Of a DNA stretch of 64,000 bases, positions 27,904-42,079 are shown piece after piece. Source of the DNA: Octopus vulgaris (lineage: Eukaryota); the NCBI GenBank assembly GCA_951406725.2, contig OX597829.1, forward strand, positions 33,976,001 through 34,040,000, read 5' to 3'. Each line of letters begins with the position of its first letter. Within the stretch, counting starts at the first letter, position 1. The position numbers were made by a program, and so were the translations under genes. A model generated the notes under the pieces. The model did no database searches and was not told the origin of the DNA. It was given only the letters and a program-made list of their open reading frames with translations.

Positions 27904-28215
27904 AACAAATGCACATATAGTAGTTGCTTTCTAATATACAAGCAAACTCATTGCTAGAAAGAATCACTGAAATGAGTCATTGATGATACAATGTTAGGAT
28001 GCAATGTTGAACCAGGCAAAAGATTTGCACATTCTATTGCATAATGCACAGCTGTGCTGGCTGTCAGAAGAAACAGGTTCCACAGTACGAACTCTTTTGA
28101 CATGTCTTTTCAATCCTCCAACTGAAAGGCACACATATGTACATACAGGTTGTACATGTTCCATTGTGAACAATAGCCATATCACAATTTACAATGGGTT
28201 GATTCCTGTGAGTTC

Positions 28216-28270
<55 letters not shown>

Positions 28271-28319
28271 TATATAACCCATGCTAGCATGGAAAGCGGA
28301 CACTAAATGATGATGATGA

Positions 28320-28364
<45 letters not shown>

Positions 28365-30732
28365 TAGGCGCAGGAGTGGCTGTGTGGTAAGTAGCTTGTT
28401 TACCAGCCACATGGTTCCGAGTTCAGTCCCACTGCGTGGCACCTTGGGCAAGTGTCTTCTACTATAGCCTCGGGCTGACCAAAGCCTTGTGAATGGATTT
28501 GGTAGACAGAAACTGAAAGAAGCCCGTCGTATATATGCATATATATATATATGCGTGTGTGTGTTTGTGTGTCTGTGTTTGTCCCCCTAGCATTGCTTGA
28601 CAACCGATGCTGGTGTGTTTATGTCCCCGTTACTTAGCGGTTCGGCAAAAGAGACCGATAGAATAAGTACTGGGCTTACAAAAGAATAAGTCCCGGGGTC
28701 GAGTTGCTCGATTAAAGGCGGTGCTCCAGCATGGCCGCAATCAAATTATTGAAACAAGTAAAATAGAGAGAAAAGAGTATATATATATATATATACATAC
28801 ATGCATATATGTATACATATATACACACACACACATATATATATATGTAAGTGTATATACACACACACACATGTACATGCATACATACACACACATACAT
28901 ACATGCATACATACATACATACATACATACACATATATATATATATTGGGTCATCCCATAGATAATGCATAGTTTTTCAATTGCATGAAAACTACCTGCA
29001 TCAACTTGCTATAAAAACAGGTAGTAATTTTACCTTATCATTATTCTTAGTGCAAATTTTGAAAAGTGCAGTTCGATTTTAACAGTTATTCTTTTCAAAG
29101 CTATAATGTAAGTGACAAAGGAGCATATTTGGTTGGACTTAGTGTCACTAAAGGTTGTAGGAAGAATTTATAGTAAGGATTTTGGTAGGAGTGGCTGTCT
29201 GTTGTGTGTCTCCATACACATGTGCATAGGGGAATGGTTAGTAGAAAGGTGTTTAACCTCCAACACACACTCATTCAGACACGCACACAATTACACACAC
29301 ATGGGCATAAACACACACACACATGTAATCACAAGCACGCACAGACATACACACGTGAACGCATATATACCTCTACACAAACACTCCCCCACGCACACAC
29401 ACATGCACACACACATGCACACAAATGCATACATACCTAACACTCACAACCACATGCATACACATATACACACCTGCATACACACACATACATGCAACAC
29501 AACTACATGCACATACACATACACACACACACATGCATACATGCACAAAAAAGCGCACATATACCTCCCCACACAACCCCTTGTTCACACACAAAATACA
29601 CACACACATACATATACACACATGTACACACACACTCACACACACACACACACACACACACAATGAACCACACATACCTCCCATACATACACAACACACA
29701 CTCATACATACGTGCACACATGCACATACAAGCACACACGCGCACACACACACACACAGAGTAACATACATTTACTCCACAGACACAACCCACACACAAC
29801 CTTATGTGTACACACATACCCACACGTGCACACATACACACACACACTACATATACATACTTGCACACACACACACACATACTTCAAACTACCAGTGAAA
29901 CACCTTTCTACTGACCATACCCCTACACACATGCGTTGGGAAACACACAACAGACAGCCACTCCTACCAAAATTCTTCCTATAAATTCTTCCTATGACTT
30001 TAAGTGACACTAAGTCCAACCACACACATATATAAACAGCCACAACCACACACACATGCACATACACATGCTATCATTATACACACACACACACAGGCAG
30101 ACCTGCGTGCATGCACATACCCACACATACCTCCTTTTATTGCACTCTCTTGTCATAGAAAGAACTTTTTCTTCACTCATTCCCTTCTGGTCATTTCAAT
30201 ATGTGACCACATGTGTATTGTTGGTGATTTTCTTTCTCCGTCTTCCCTTCCTTTGGGTTTTCCTCTATTTCTGAAGAAGAGCTTCACTCAAAACATGAAA
30301 TCCTCTTTCTTTTCTTTCCTTTTCTGAGCGTCCAATAACACTGTACTTATTCCACATCCTTGTGTTGCTGTTTTTTCTTGCTTGTTCATGTTTAGATTGA
30401 TTATATATATATATATACACATATATTTTACCACCTTCACTCACTTGTGCATTAATAATTGGGTATTCTACCAGCAGTATATTGGATAGATATTATCCCT
30501 TAGTTGGTTGGATTCACAGCCTGTAACTCTCTTCGAATATATATACATATATATATATATATACACACATACATACATATACATATATATATGTATACAT
30601 ACATATATATACACATACATATATATATATACACATACATAAATATATATATATATATACACATACATATATATATACATATATATATATACACACACAC
30701 ACACATATATATATATACATACATATATATAC

Positions 30733-30768
<36 letters not shown>

Positions 30769-31844
30769 GGATCTCAATTATAAGGGAATCTTACTTTGCT
30801 AATAAACTCTATATTTTGAAGGACTCATATTAAACTCTGTTGGACTTTTAGATTTTACTCAAAGGATATTGCCATGTATACCATTATGCCTATAAAACAG
30901 ATTTACAACTTCAATACCCATACATATCTTGCATTTATTTTCTTTCCTCCACCTCACTCTCTATTTTGTATCACATCTAAACTAACTATGACTTAACTTT
31001 CCTCTTACACCGTCTCTGATGAAGGGATATTATTAATTAATATCCTAGAAACAGCTGTAAGACCTTCTATCTATAAATGCTCTAATATCTATACAGCCTT
31101 GGTTTTTTATCTTATTACGCAAAAAATTCTTATATACACACGCTGACATAGAACCAACTTTGGACCCTTTATTCGCAATATTACCGAATCTGGAACCTAA
31201 CTATGGTCTGTCTATAGCACTTATTCAGCATTACCTGACACCTTTGGGTTTCAATGACACCATTATCTCTTATATATATATATATATACATATGTAAATA
31301 TGTGAAGTATTATTACTGAGGTGGCTAGCAAGGCTTTTACCTAAACAGGTATAATATGAAATATCTGAAGAAAAGAAGGGTAAAGATACCGCTTGCTAAA
31401 AATGAAAGTGAAAGTTTTAAAAAACCACCGATTCTACAATAAATACACACACGAGCAATGTAATGAATATTTTAAAAAATAAACCTGCCTTCAGTATGGA
31501 ATACGAAGGCAGTTTACTACATACCCCAATATTAATTGATTTCATGCTATGCATGAGAAAACATGCTTTGCAATCCACAGTTGGAAACAGTGTTTAACAT
31601 CTATTTCTAAAATATTCACTATGTCAACTAGTATGCGTTTCTAACTTTAAACATCCAGCATGAAATCAATTAATATTGGGGTATTGGGGTATGTAGTAAA
31701 CTACCTTCAAATTCCACCCTGAAGGTAGGCCTATCTTTTAAAATATTCATTACATTGCTCATGTGTGTATTTATCATAGAATTGGTGGAGGGTTTTAAGC
31801 TTTTGCTTTCATTTTTAGCAAGCGGTCTCTTTACCCTTCTTTTC

Positions 31845-31905
<61 letters not shown>

Positions 31906-32272
31906 TTATGTGTGCATTTTTGCATATGTATACAATTTATTTATGAATATATATGTGTATGTTTGTGTATATGGGCATGTGTACTGTTTATCTATGCACT
32001 TGTGTATATTTGTGTGTGAATGTCTGCACTAATATGTGTGTATATTTTTCTCTTTCCTTCACTAGGGTTATTTGTGATGCTCTTGATTAATATCTAAATA
32101 TAAACACTTCAGCAAAATGGCTTTTTGTATTATAAAAATTTTCTGTCTGACACTTTTCTAATAGGAAATTCTTTACATGTCTATATAACATGTAAATCTT
32201 TATGATTCTTATTAGCAATGAAACATGTGTAATGGAAAAAAAATACCAAAAATTTCTATGTTCCGCTTTTGT

Positions 32273-32320
<48 letters not shown>

Positions 32321-35300
32321 TATATGCCAAACAAAATGTTAGAAATCATAATGGAAATATTTTTAAAATAAGTTAAAGAAAATTACAATTGTATTTTACT
32401 AAGTAAATGTATAATTTATGACAAGTTTTACAAGGAAAGTATTATGAAATTTGAAAATAAATTGTGAACTAGAGAAATTAGATCAGATAATTTTGATATC
32501 GCTAGGGGGTCTATTTATACTTCTGAGGTCACTGACCATGTATGATTGTACTGGTGTGAGATACATATTAAATTTGAAAATTCTGGAAATAGGAAAATTT
32601 TTTGGTATCATTTATTTACAACTACATGTGTTTCATTTACTAATAGGAATCACAAAGTTGTAGATACTAGGAAAACATGTAAGAAATTCCATATTAGAAA
32701 TTCTTCAGACAGAGAATCAAATAATACAATACTTAGATATGGATGAAGCACTTATTTATAACTTAATAGTCAGAAGTAGTACAGATAATAGGAGGTGGGG
32801 GGGGGACAAAGAACAAATCAAGTAGTAATAAAGAGGAGAAAGAGTTAGATGTGTACATATATATACATATACATGCACACACACTGTTATGAATCCACTT
32901 GGTTTTGTTTATATTATCTTATTTATATTTCAGCTAACATTCTGTCAAGTCATATCTGTAAATTTGTTGCTGTGTGAATCACCCAGAAACTAGGTATTTA
33001 TTAAGCTGAGTTCTTGACTGGCTATGGTGGTAGAAGTGATCCTTTCACTGAATTTGGCACAAGTTTGATTCTCAGTCAAACTGTGCCACTACAGAGAATA
33101 TTGGCAGATGAAATGTGTCACTACACCAATCTAAAGATCAATATGAGTAAACAATATCAGCTAAATGAAAAACCAAATGCTAAAAGTGGCAAAGGAAAAA
33201 TCAATAAACACATAGAAAAAGGCTCTGAGATACAATTTTAAGATGCTGAGTCTAGGTCAAATTATGCTAAACTAAAAAGACATGCAATTATACATCACTG
33301 CAAATCTGTCCAACCAACCAACCAACTCTAGTGTAGAAAAGCAAATGTTGAAATAATATGGGTGCTGACAGTGTCAATGATGATGATGTTGTCATTAAAG
33401 ATGATATAAAGATAATGGTTGCTGAAGTGTGCTATTACAAATACTCTCTACCATCAACATGCCATATTTCTTTCATCCACCCATCTTCTCTGCCCACTAT
33501 TTCTGAGAGGGTCATAGAGATAGAGTCCTCAGGCATCTCCTCCATAGGGTCCTATCAGAAGCAACAATCATTATACTTTCCAATTGGATTCCCAAGTATG
33601 ACCAACTGAAACTATGGATGTTATCCAACCATCTCATTCTTGGTCTACCTCTAGATTTCCTGCCAGTTGGCTTGAAGATTCTTGCAAGCCTTTCTTGCGA
33701 TATTTTCATCGTGTCTTTAGTACCAGAGCTGTGACCTCTCAATACAGAGAAGTAGTGATGCACACTGTCAAATAATGTTACTCCACAGATCCTTCAGATG
33801 AATCTCATTCTGGCTACCTATATTCATGATTATATTCTTTTAGTCCTTACCATTATATATATTCATGCAATGTAGTTTCTTTTTACATTGGTCAATCCAA
33901 TTTATTTCTTAAAGGGAAACAACCATCTCCAATTATTTATAGGGAGAGAAGTGATAGACAAAGCAACACAAGATGTAAGCAGACATGTTTGTTGCTGAGT
34001 TGATTATTATGTAAATGATATAAAATTTAATTTTCTTTATATTTTAAAGCATTACTTTCTGTTATTTCATGAATACAAGATGACTCTAAAATTACTTGCA
34101 TCACCACCACTAAAAACATGAAATTGTGAATCCTGGAGAAAGGAACTGCAGATAAGAAAATTAGCAACCAGCTTAAAACTTAGAAGATGAGCTCTACAGC
34201 TTTCTTTACATTAGAAGTGTCATATGTGGTTGTTGGGTTGTTGGCTGTATGTAAATGACAAACAACACTCGTGAACTATTGACAGAAGCTTTATTTACTG
34301 TACATAGTATTTTCTGTGTTGGTCATTGAACAAAGAATATAAACAACCATTTATAAACACTGGGAGACACAAATTTTGTAGTCTATGACAAAATGGCTGG
34401 TACATAAAGCTCTGTGACTATGTTGTCACAACTAGAGAAATATTGTGCTAAATTCATGACAGCAAATCTGTATCATCTATCTGCTTGACTGGAGAATGGA
34501 AACATGAGTATGAAGTAGATAAAATAACTTTTCAGCATTCTATATCTGCAAATGGCTGAAGAATGGAAATGAGAATATAGTTTTAGCTGCAATAGCCTCA
34601 ATATTCTGAAATTAGCACCAAAAATTCATCTATTTATAAGCCTTGTTATAAGGTTCTAGAGGGTTGAATCACATGATGGCTCAATGCTGATTGGTCTGTT
34701 AATCAGTCGATCATGTGAAATGACTATGATGTGACACTTACTCAGCTATTCAGCAACTCAATTTCAAATCTGCTATAGAAGGAAAGGCCAGAGAAGTTGT
34801 TAGAAATGGATATTGCCACTTTAAATTATGATGATGGAATGTAACAACTCTCCCCAGGATTCATTTTTTTTTTTTAGATTTAAATCAATCAATATCTAGC
34901 ATGTAAGAATGTTTGAACAATATCAATAGCTGAAGGACATGATAGTGATTATCTCATCCAGTTCGATCATCTTTTATCTTTAAGACTCAGAGACTACAAA
35001 ATAATTTTACCAGACTCTGTACTTGCATAGAGGGTCAACCTATAAGATATGAGAAATAGATCACCTAAACAAAAACTTATTCTGAAAATAATTATCTTTC
35101 CCAAAGCAGGACAATGTAAACCTGCAGATGAGGAGAATCTAGAATGGAGTGTGAATGTAATTAGCAGAGCAGGCAAAGCAAAAGATGGAAACAAGTATTT
35201 AATGAATGCAGTTATGGAACAAGGTGAACCGTTTTGATTGGATTTTGAGCATGATAAGCAAATGAAGATAAACATTTTTCTTCAGAAGAAAATGCAATGA

Positions 35301-38300
35301 ATTCCTCCTCCACCTCCTCCTCTTCCTTAAATATATAGGTAAAAAAGAGAAAACAGAACTTCAATAGTTGGACCAAGAATCAAATTTATATGCAAAAACC
35401 TGCTTAAGGTCAACCTAAAATATCCACAATATGGATTTATACAAATGAAATGTCAAATGATAAACAAATTTGTAAAGATAGACATGTGGCTAGATGCTTT
35501 CAAGATAGGAATGCTAGTAATACTAGAAATGACTCACCCACATGTTCAAAAGTGGGTCCATATATAGATTTATGAATTATGACATTTCTTGGTTGGGTAT
35601 GCAGATCAATGGATATTATAACTGCATTTTTACAGAGCAAGTAATGTGACAAATTAGTTTATTCAAATCCTCCTCAACCAACCAATGTACCTCCATGTTA
35701 TATATGGAAACCTTTTAACTGTGTATATGTCTTGACTGATGCTTCATGATCTCAATATCTAATGATCAGAGAAGAATGGATGAAGTTAGGATTAGTAGCC
35801 TCAAAATATGATCAGGCATTATTTACATGTGGAAACAAATTGCATGGTATCATTGCTACACCTGTGGGAGATTTCTACTTTGCAGATCATTGAATATCTT
35901 TTAGACTCAAATTATAGATAAGCATTATAAATTACTAGCAGCATAGCCCAGCATTGCCCGGATATGTAAGAGCCCTTAGTAGGCAACGACTAATCCCAAT
36001 CTAGTCCTTTCCCTCTAGGGAACGAAGGCGCATGTGTAAGTTGCAATGTCTTCTCTTCACTCGAATACTTCTGTGTATACGAATGTTCCTAGCTGTCCCT
36101 TTGGGTGATAAAAAGGTCGAGTTGTGTACCCTGGACAGTTTGTGTTTAATACAGAAATCGGTTTGCTATGTGTGCCACATATGATTTAATTAACCGATTT
36201 TTTCCAGTAGTAAAGTATCCTATTGGAATAAAATGGGCCATATAGCTCCTTAGAGCAGACATGATGCTCGCTGTGAATTTAAAAAAAAAATCCTGCCAAT
36301 TTGTGAAAGATATTGTCGAAAAGATGTCATCTTGAATTTGAACGCGATTTCCCAAAATGGCATGATTTTATCGATTTTTTCTGATAGTAAGGTATTGCAT
36401 GGAAAACTAACATCAGAATTAAGTTTCTTAGGGTAACATTAAGCTTCACCATGAGTTTGGTGAAAATCGATTGCAAGTTTCGAAAACTACAACAGAAAAT
36501 GTGTTGCATATAAAAAGCTTAGATTCTCGACCCCATGTCGAATTTATCGATTTTTTTCAGAACTGGGGAAACTTTTCAAAGTTTTCGCTGCGTTAGTTTT
36601 GAATTATGACATTGGGCTATGTGTGTGTCAAGTTTCATCAGAATCGGTTGAAAGCCGTGGTCAGGGTGAGGGTACAACCTGACAGACACACAGACAGACA
36701 AACTGCCGTTTATATATATAGAGATAGAGATTAATGTGAAGTCTAAAAATGTAAGAGTTTCAGTATATTATTAAAAGGAATGGAAATGTTATTGAAATTG
36801 GACATGACAAATATGTAAATAAAATAAAATATATTTCAATGGAAAATAACAGAAACTTAGATGATAAAATATCAATAATAGAAATTACTGAAGTTAGGAA
36901 AATGATAGGTCAACTAAATTAAGTTATGGTGTTAATGAATTAAGCTCTATTCTAAAACAAGAAAATGTGGAATATATTAAACATATTAACAAAACTGTAA
37001 AGAAAGCAAAGAAGGAAAAAATCTCAAATACTTATTCTAGAACTAGGAAATATTAATCACAGCATATAGTTATCTTTTGTCAGTTTGAAAGATAGAGTAT
37101 CACAAGAAGACTATTATTATCTCTTTGATTGATGACTATAATTATTATATGCCATTTGCTTGACAATCTAAGTGCATTACAAGAATTCTCAAAAATACTC
37201 TAGATGTAGAAACTTTAGCAATGGTTAAAATGACAGAAATATGTGTTTTTTATAGAAAATTTTAATTGGAATTTTTACAATTAGAGAACAATATTGAAAA
37301 TATAAAAATAACTTGCAAAACAGATAATTCCTACCTTTATAATGCAGTACAGTCAATGACACAAATTTTAGTCTAAAAAATTTGCATAAAAATGACTACC
37401 CTGAGAGAAATGATAAGCAGAAAGGAAACTGCAGAAACTTTATGGATTCCAACAGATGAGCAAATTGTTGACAACTTGATAAAAAAAAAAACAGGTGCAT
37501 TCTTCAAAATTCTTATGTTCTAATCATAATCAAAAGAATCTTCAGTATAATTATTAAACTTGCATTCTTCCTTTTTTTTTTACAGAAGAAAACCTGGTAT
37601 TAGCATAAACTCACAGCAGATAGACACTCATAATAACAAAAGAGAAAAAAGTGAACATTGTTAATAGCTGAAAGAGGATGAGCCATTCGTTAGAAGATAG
37701 TCATCCCCAATTACCTGCAGGAGAAGTAGCAGGCGAAGGGACACGAGATGTAGGCAGACATGTTTGATGAGGATTTGATTGTTCTGTAAAGAATATAAAG
37801 ATTTTGTTTCCCTATATCTGAAAGTGTTGTTGTTTGTTATTTATCATATTTGATACCCAGTTATTTTTTCAACTGACATTCAACTTTTCTAAGTTAACAC
37901 TGCATCTCATTCCTATTTGGGCACCATATATTTTACATCACAGGCGGCGAGCTGGCAGAAACGTTAGCGCGCCGGGTGAAATGCTTAGCAGTATTTCATC
38001 TGTCCTTATGTTCTGAGTTCAAATTCCGCCGAGGTCGACTTTACCTTCAGGGTCGATAAATAAAGTACCAGTTATGCACTGGGGTCGATGTAATCGACTT
38101 AATCCCTTTGTTTGTCCCCTCTATGTTTAGCCCCTTGTGGGCAGTAAAGAAATATATATTTTACATCACACCTGCTATCCTGTTTATGCTGCACTTCTTT
38201 CAAGTACAACAATTACTATGCTTTGCTAACAGAAGTAGTCGATCATAAAACTGATCAATAAAAGATCATCTTCATGGCTAATTAACAGAAACACGAAACT

Positions 38301-41300
38301 AGTATACATTTTAACAGGAATCAATATATCATATAGCAATGAAAACAACAGATTGTATTAAGTACAGTAATACACATCAAATTATTAATCTAATTTATCA
38401 AAACATATAGTAGTATATTTGATCAAGTTTTCTTTATGATGGATTTGATGTAGCTCTGTAATGATATAAATATATTAAACTAATAATTAACATTAATTCC
38501 ACAAAGAATGATTAACAATTGCACCAAGTAGTTGCATCACTCACAAGCAATACTAAGGACCATAAGCCCAGCTGTTGTGAACCACATATTTCAAGTATAA
38601 AAACACAACAGAACTTTCTTCTAGTGCACTACAGCAGACACTGAACAATGTAAATAGTGGACTCTGCACAACAAATCTTCCAGAAAAATATATTTGAAAT
38701 TTACCTTGTGGTTTCCTTTCCGTACTTCATCAACAGCATTTGAAAGTTTGTCCATTATTCCTTTTCGCAGCTTTACTCTTGTTGGTGCCTAAGGTAATTA
38801 AATTTCAGCAAAGAAATAATATAAGTATTATATGAAAAGAAATAAAATAACAAATACAGTTTTCTGCAAACATACACTCTTACAGAAGAATAGATAAATA
38901 AATGTATCAGGTTGGTGCAAAGGTAATTGACGATTTCAAGGTCTCTATTAAAAATGAAAAATCCCATGGTTAAGACAATATTTATTCATTTACATAATTT
39001 CCTTTGCTTTCTAGAACTTCATTCCATCACTCAACAAGCTTATAAATGCCACACTTGTAAAATTGTTTAGGTTTTGCTGCACAATATGAATCCAACTCAT
39101 TTTCAACCTCTTCTCTTGATGTCAACCTAAGAGCATTCAAATGGTTCTGTAGTCCCTGGAAAAAATGATAACCAGAAGGAGCAAGGTCTGAAGAATATAG
39201 GGGATGAAGTAATATTTCCCAACCAAGATCTTCCAAGAGATCTTTGGTCGGTCAAGCTGTGTGAGGACAAGCATTATTGCACCAACCTGATAAAACAATA
39301 TACTCATACATATATGTATACTTCCACTCAACTACATACACACATATAAATATATAACTATATGATACATATTTTTTACACCCACGTACATATATATATG
39401 AAACCTGCAGCCCTTGAGTCACTTTATAACTTCTGCCAGTTAAAAATGAAAAAATGTATATATGAAAATATACGTACAAATTATGAATTATGAATTAGAA
39501 AAACATCTTTAAATGTTTCAATGTTGACAAGTTTAAATGTTCATAACAGTCAATAACATAAAAACTGTGCATCAACTTGTTTAAATGTACATTTAGATAA
39601 TGTACATTCCTGAAATACTGTAAATTTGTCTTTCTCTTGATGAAAGGTTGTGTTTTAAGAGAGATTTGGCAGCTATTGGTTATAGCTCTCTCTGTTTTGT
39701 TGTGGTGAAAAAATACTTTTTCTCAGAATATTTTGCACAATAACAATTGCAGCATGAAAGGTGTTTATAAGCCATTTAAGAAACACACAAAAACCGTTAG
39801 ATTCACTTCAACATTTAAATTTTAAAATATTTTGACAAATTAAATTTAAATGTTGAAGTGAATCTAACGGTTTTTGTGTGTTTCTTAAATGGCTTATAAA
39901 CACCTTCCACACTGCAATTGTTTTCGTTCCAGCACACGATCTCAGATCAAGTCACTCGCTATGCAAGTACATCTCCATAATTTTGCACAATAATTTTTTA
40001 AGAAATCTGGATATCTTTCTTACTGCTAACCATTCAACTTCAAATTACAATTATTAATTGTAGATTGAGATGTACATATACTGATACCGTATAGAGTGGA
40101 AGTTAAATACAAAGTTTTGAACTCATTATCTTGTGGTTAGTAATCCATTACCTTAAATCTGAAGCCATTAAGTCTTCAAACATTATTTTACTGGGTTTAG
40201 TCTTTCAACTGTTGCCATGATGGAATATCACCTTCAAAAATTTAATTGATCATACTGACTTCAGTACATATTTCAATCTGGCATTTATTTTATAGATCTC
40301 TGCTTGATGAACTGCTAACTTTGAGACATAGAGGGACACAATACTCAATTTAACAACAGACGTAAATACACACACACACATTAGGTGCAAGAATGGCTGT
40401 GTAGTTGAGAAGTTTGCTTCCCAACCACATGGTTCCATCTTCAGCCTCTCTTCATGGTAATTTGGGCAAGTATTTTCTACTATACCCCTAGACCAACCAC
40501 AGACTTGTGACTGAATTTGGTAGATGTAAACTGCCACGTTGTTCATCAGAAAATGACTGAAAATCATGTTCATAAAGAAGAGTTATTTGCTTCATACTTC
40601 TCATGTGCCGATTCTGGCCATAAAAAAGGAACAAATAATACCATGCGGCTGTAGGTCATAATGCCAGGGTGCATTGCTAGTATGTTACATTTCTGTATTT
40701 TATATACTATATACCTTATATTTTATTCATCACTGTTTTAATTGTACAACTTATTTTCTTTCTTTTTTTTCCTCTTTTCCAAATTTCCTCTGTTTTGTTT
40801 CTTATACTCTTTCTACTTTTATTCCACTAGTCGTTTTCTCTCTCTCTCTCTCTCGTTCACTCTACCCTTTCTCTTGTACCTTATATACTGCCTTCTCATC
40901 CAATTGCTTTCTTTATTTTTCCCTCTCAAAATAATTACAAAACGCTTCACTATCTATCCAACTTTGTAAATATCTGTAGCATAATGCAATGAAGTGTTCC
41001 CTGATGATCTATTGTAGTGTGGGCATCTAAATGCACTTAGAACACCTATTGCAGGGCTCCAAACAACAATAATGGTGAAAAGTGCATAGGAACTTGCATT
41101 TATCCTTATTTCTCCCACTACACATTCATGAGACTTATAATTTTCGTAATCACCTTGCATCTGTATAATTTATAAATCACATAGGCTGACCTAGACAATC
41201 TCATGGAATGTGATCAAATGGGGTTTATTTTTCAACACATCACCCCCTTGTGGTACACACACTTCTTCCGTTGGTAATGCAATGCTTGGCTCCCATTTGG

Positions 41301-42026
41301 TGAAGAAGCTTTCATCCTGTCAGTTAAAAAAGTCATCAATAGCAGATATGGCATTATTGTCATCACTGCAATGTTGCTTTCTGGCCAAGTGTTGTTTCAT
41401 GTTGGGAAGCAGATGATTGTCAGATGGGGTCACACACAGCAGCCATTGAAACCAAGGACTTGTGGGCTGGAGCATTGTTCTGATGAAACAATACACCTTC
41501 CATCAGTTTTCCTGGGTATTTGGTCTTGATAGTTTTTCATAACTGCCTCAACAAGTTGGCAGTTGACATAATACTCTCTACTGATAGTGTGGCTCTTTGA
41601 AGGTAGTTAATAAATGCAATGCCTTCTGCACCCCCAAAAACTTAGGCTATCACCTTCCTTGTAGATGAAATGACTTTGGCCTTCTTTGGAATAGGTGAGA
41701 AGTGTTTTCACTGCATGGATTGTCTATTTGTTTATGGTTCAAAGTGATGAATCCATCACACATCCTATGTCAGAATTGGAATGTCTTTAATTCAAGGTCT
41801 GTTCAGTTTGGGTTGTCTGAAACTGAACAATATCAACAACTAAGAGCAGTTGGAGAAGCTAAAGTTTAGGAGAGGAATTCCATCATCAATATTTAATTAT
41901 TATAATAGTTTCTGTGACTAAAATAAAATCAATTTCCTGCAATACTCTACAAGCTTCACAATCTGTCTTATATCTAATTAACTATATCAAAGTTAATCAT
42001 TAAAATATTATAATTCATTTAAAGTA

Positions 42027-42079
<53 letters not shown>

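Larger units (their letters stand above)
33900..37900 (+). mobile_element. Very decayed Copia-type LTR retrotransposon with nested insertions
   Basis: Similar direct repeats at ~33915-34060 and ~37690-37835 (agatgta.gcagacatgtttg); purine tract before TGTT at ~37660; remnants YDQALF...[12 protein letters not shown] (RT), [27 protein letters not shown] and [12 protein letters not shown] (RNase H). Confidence 0.6.
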
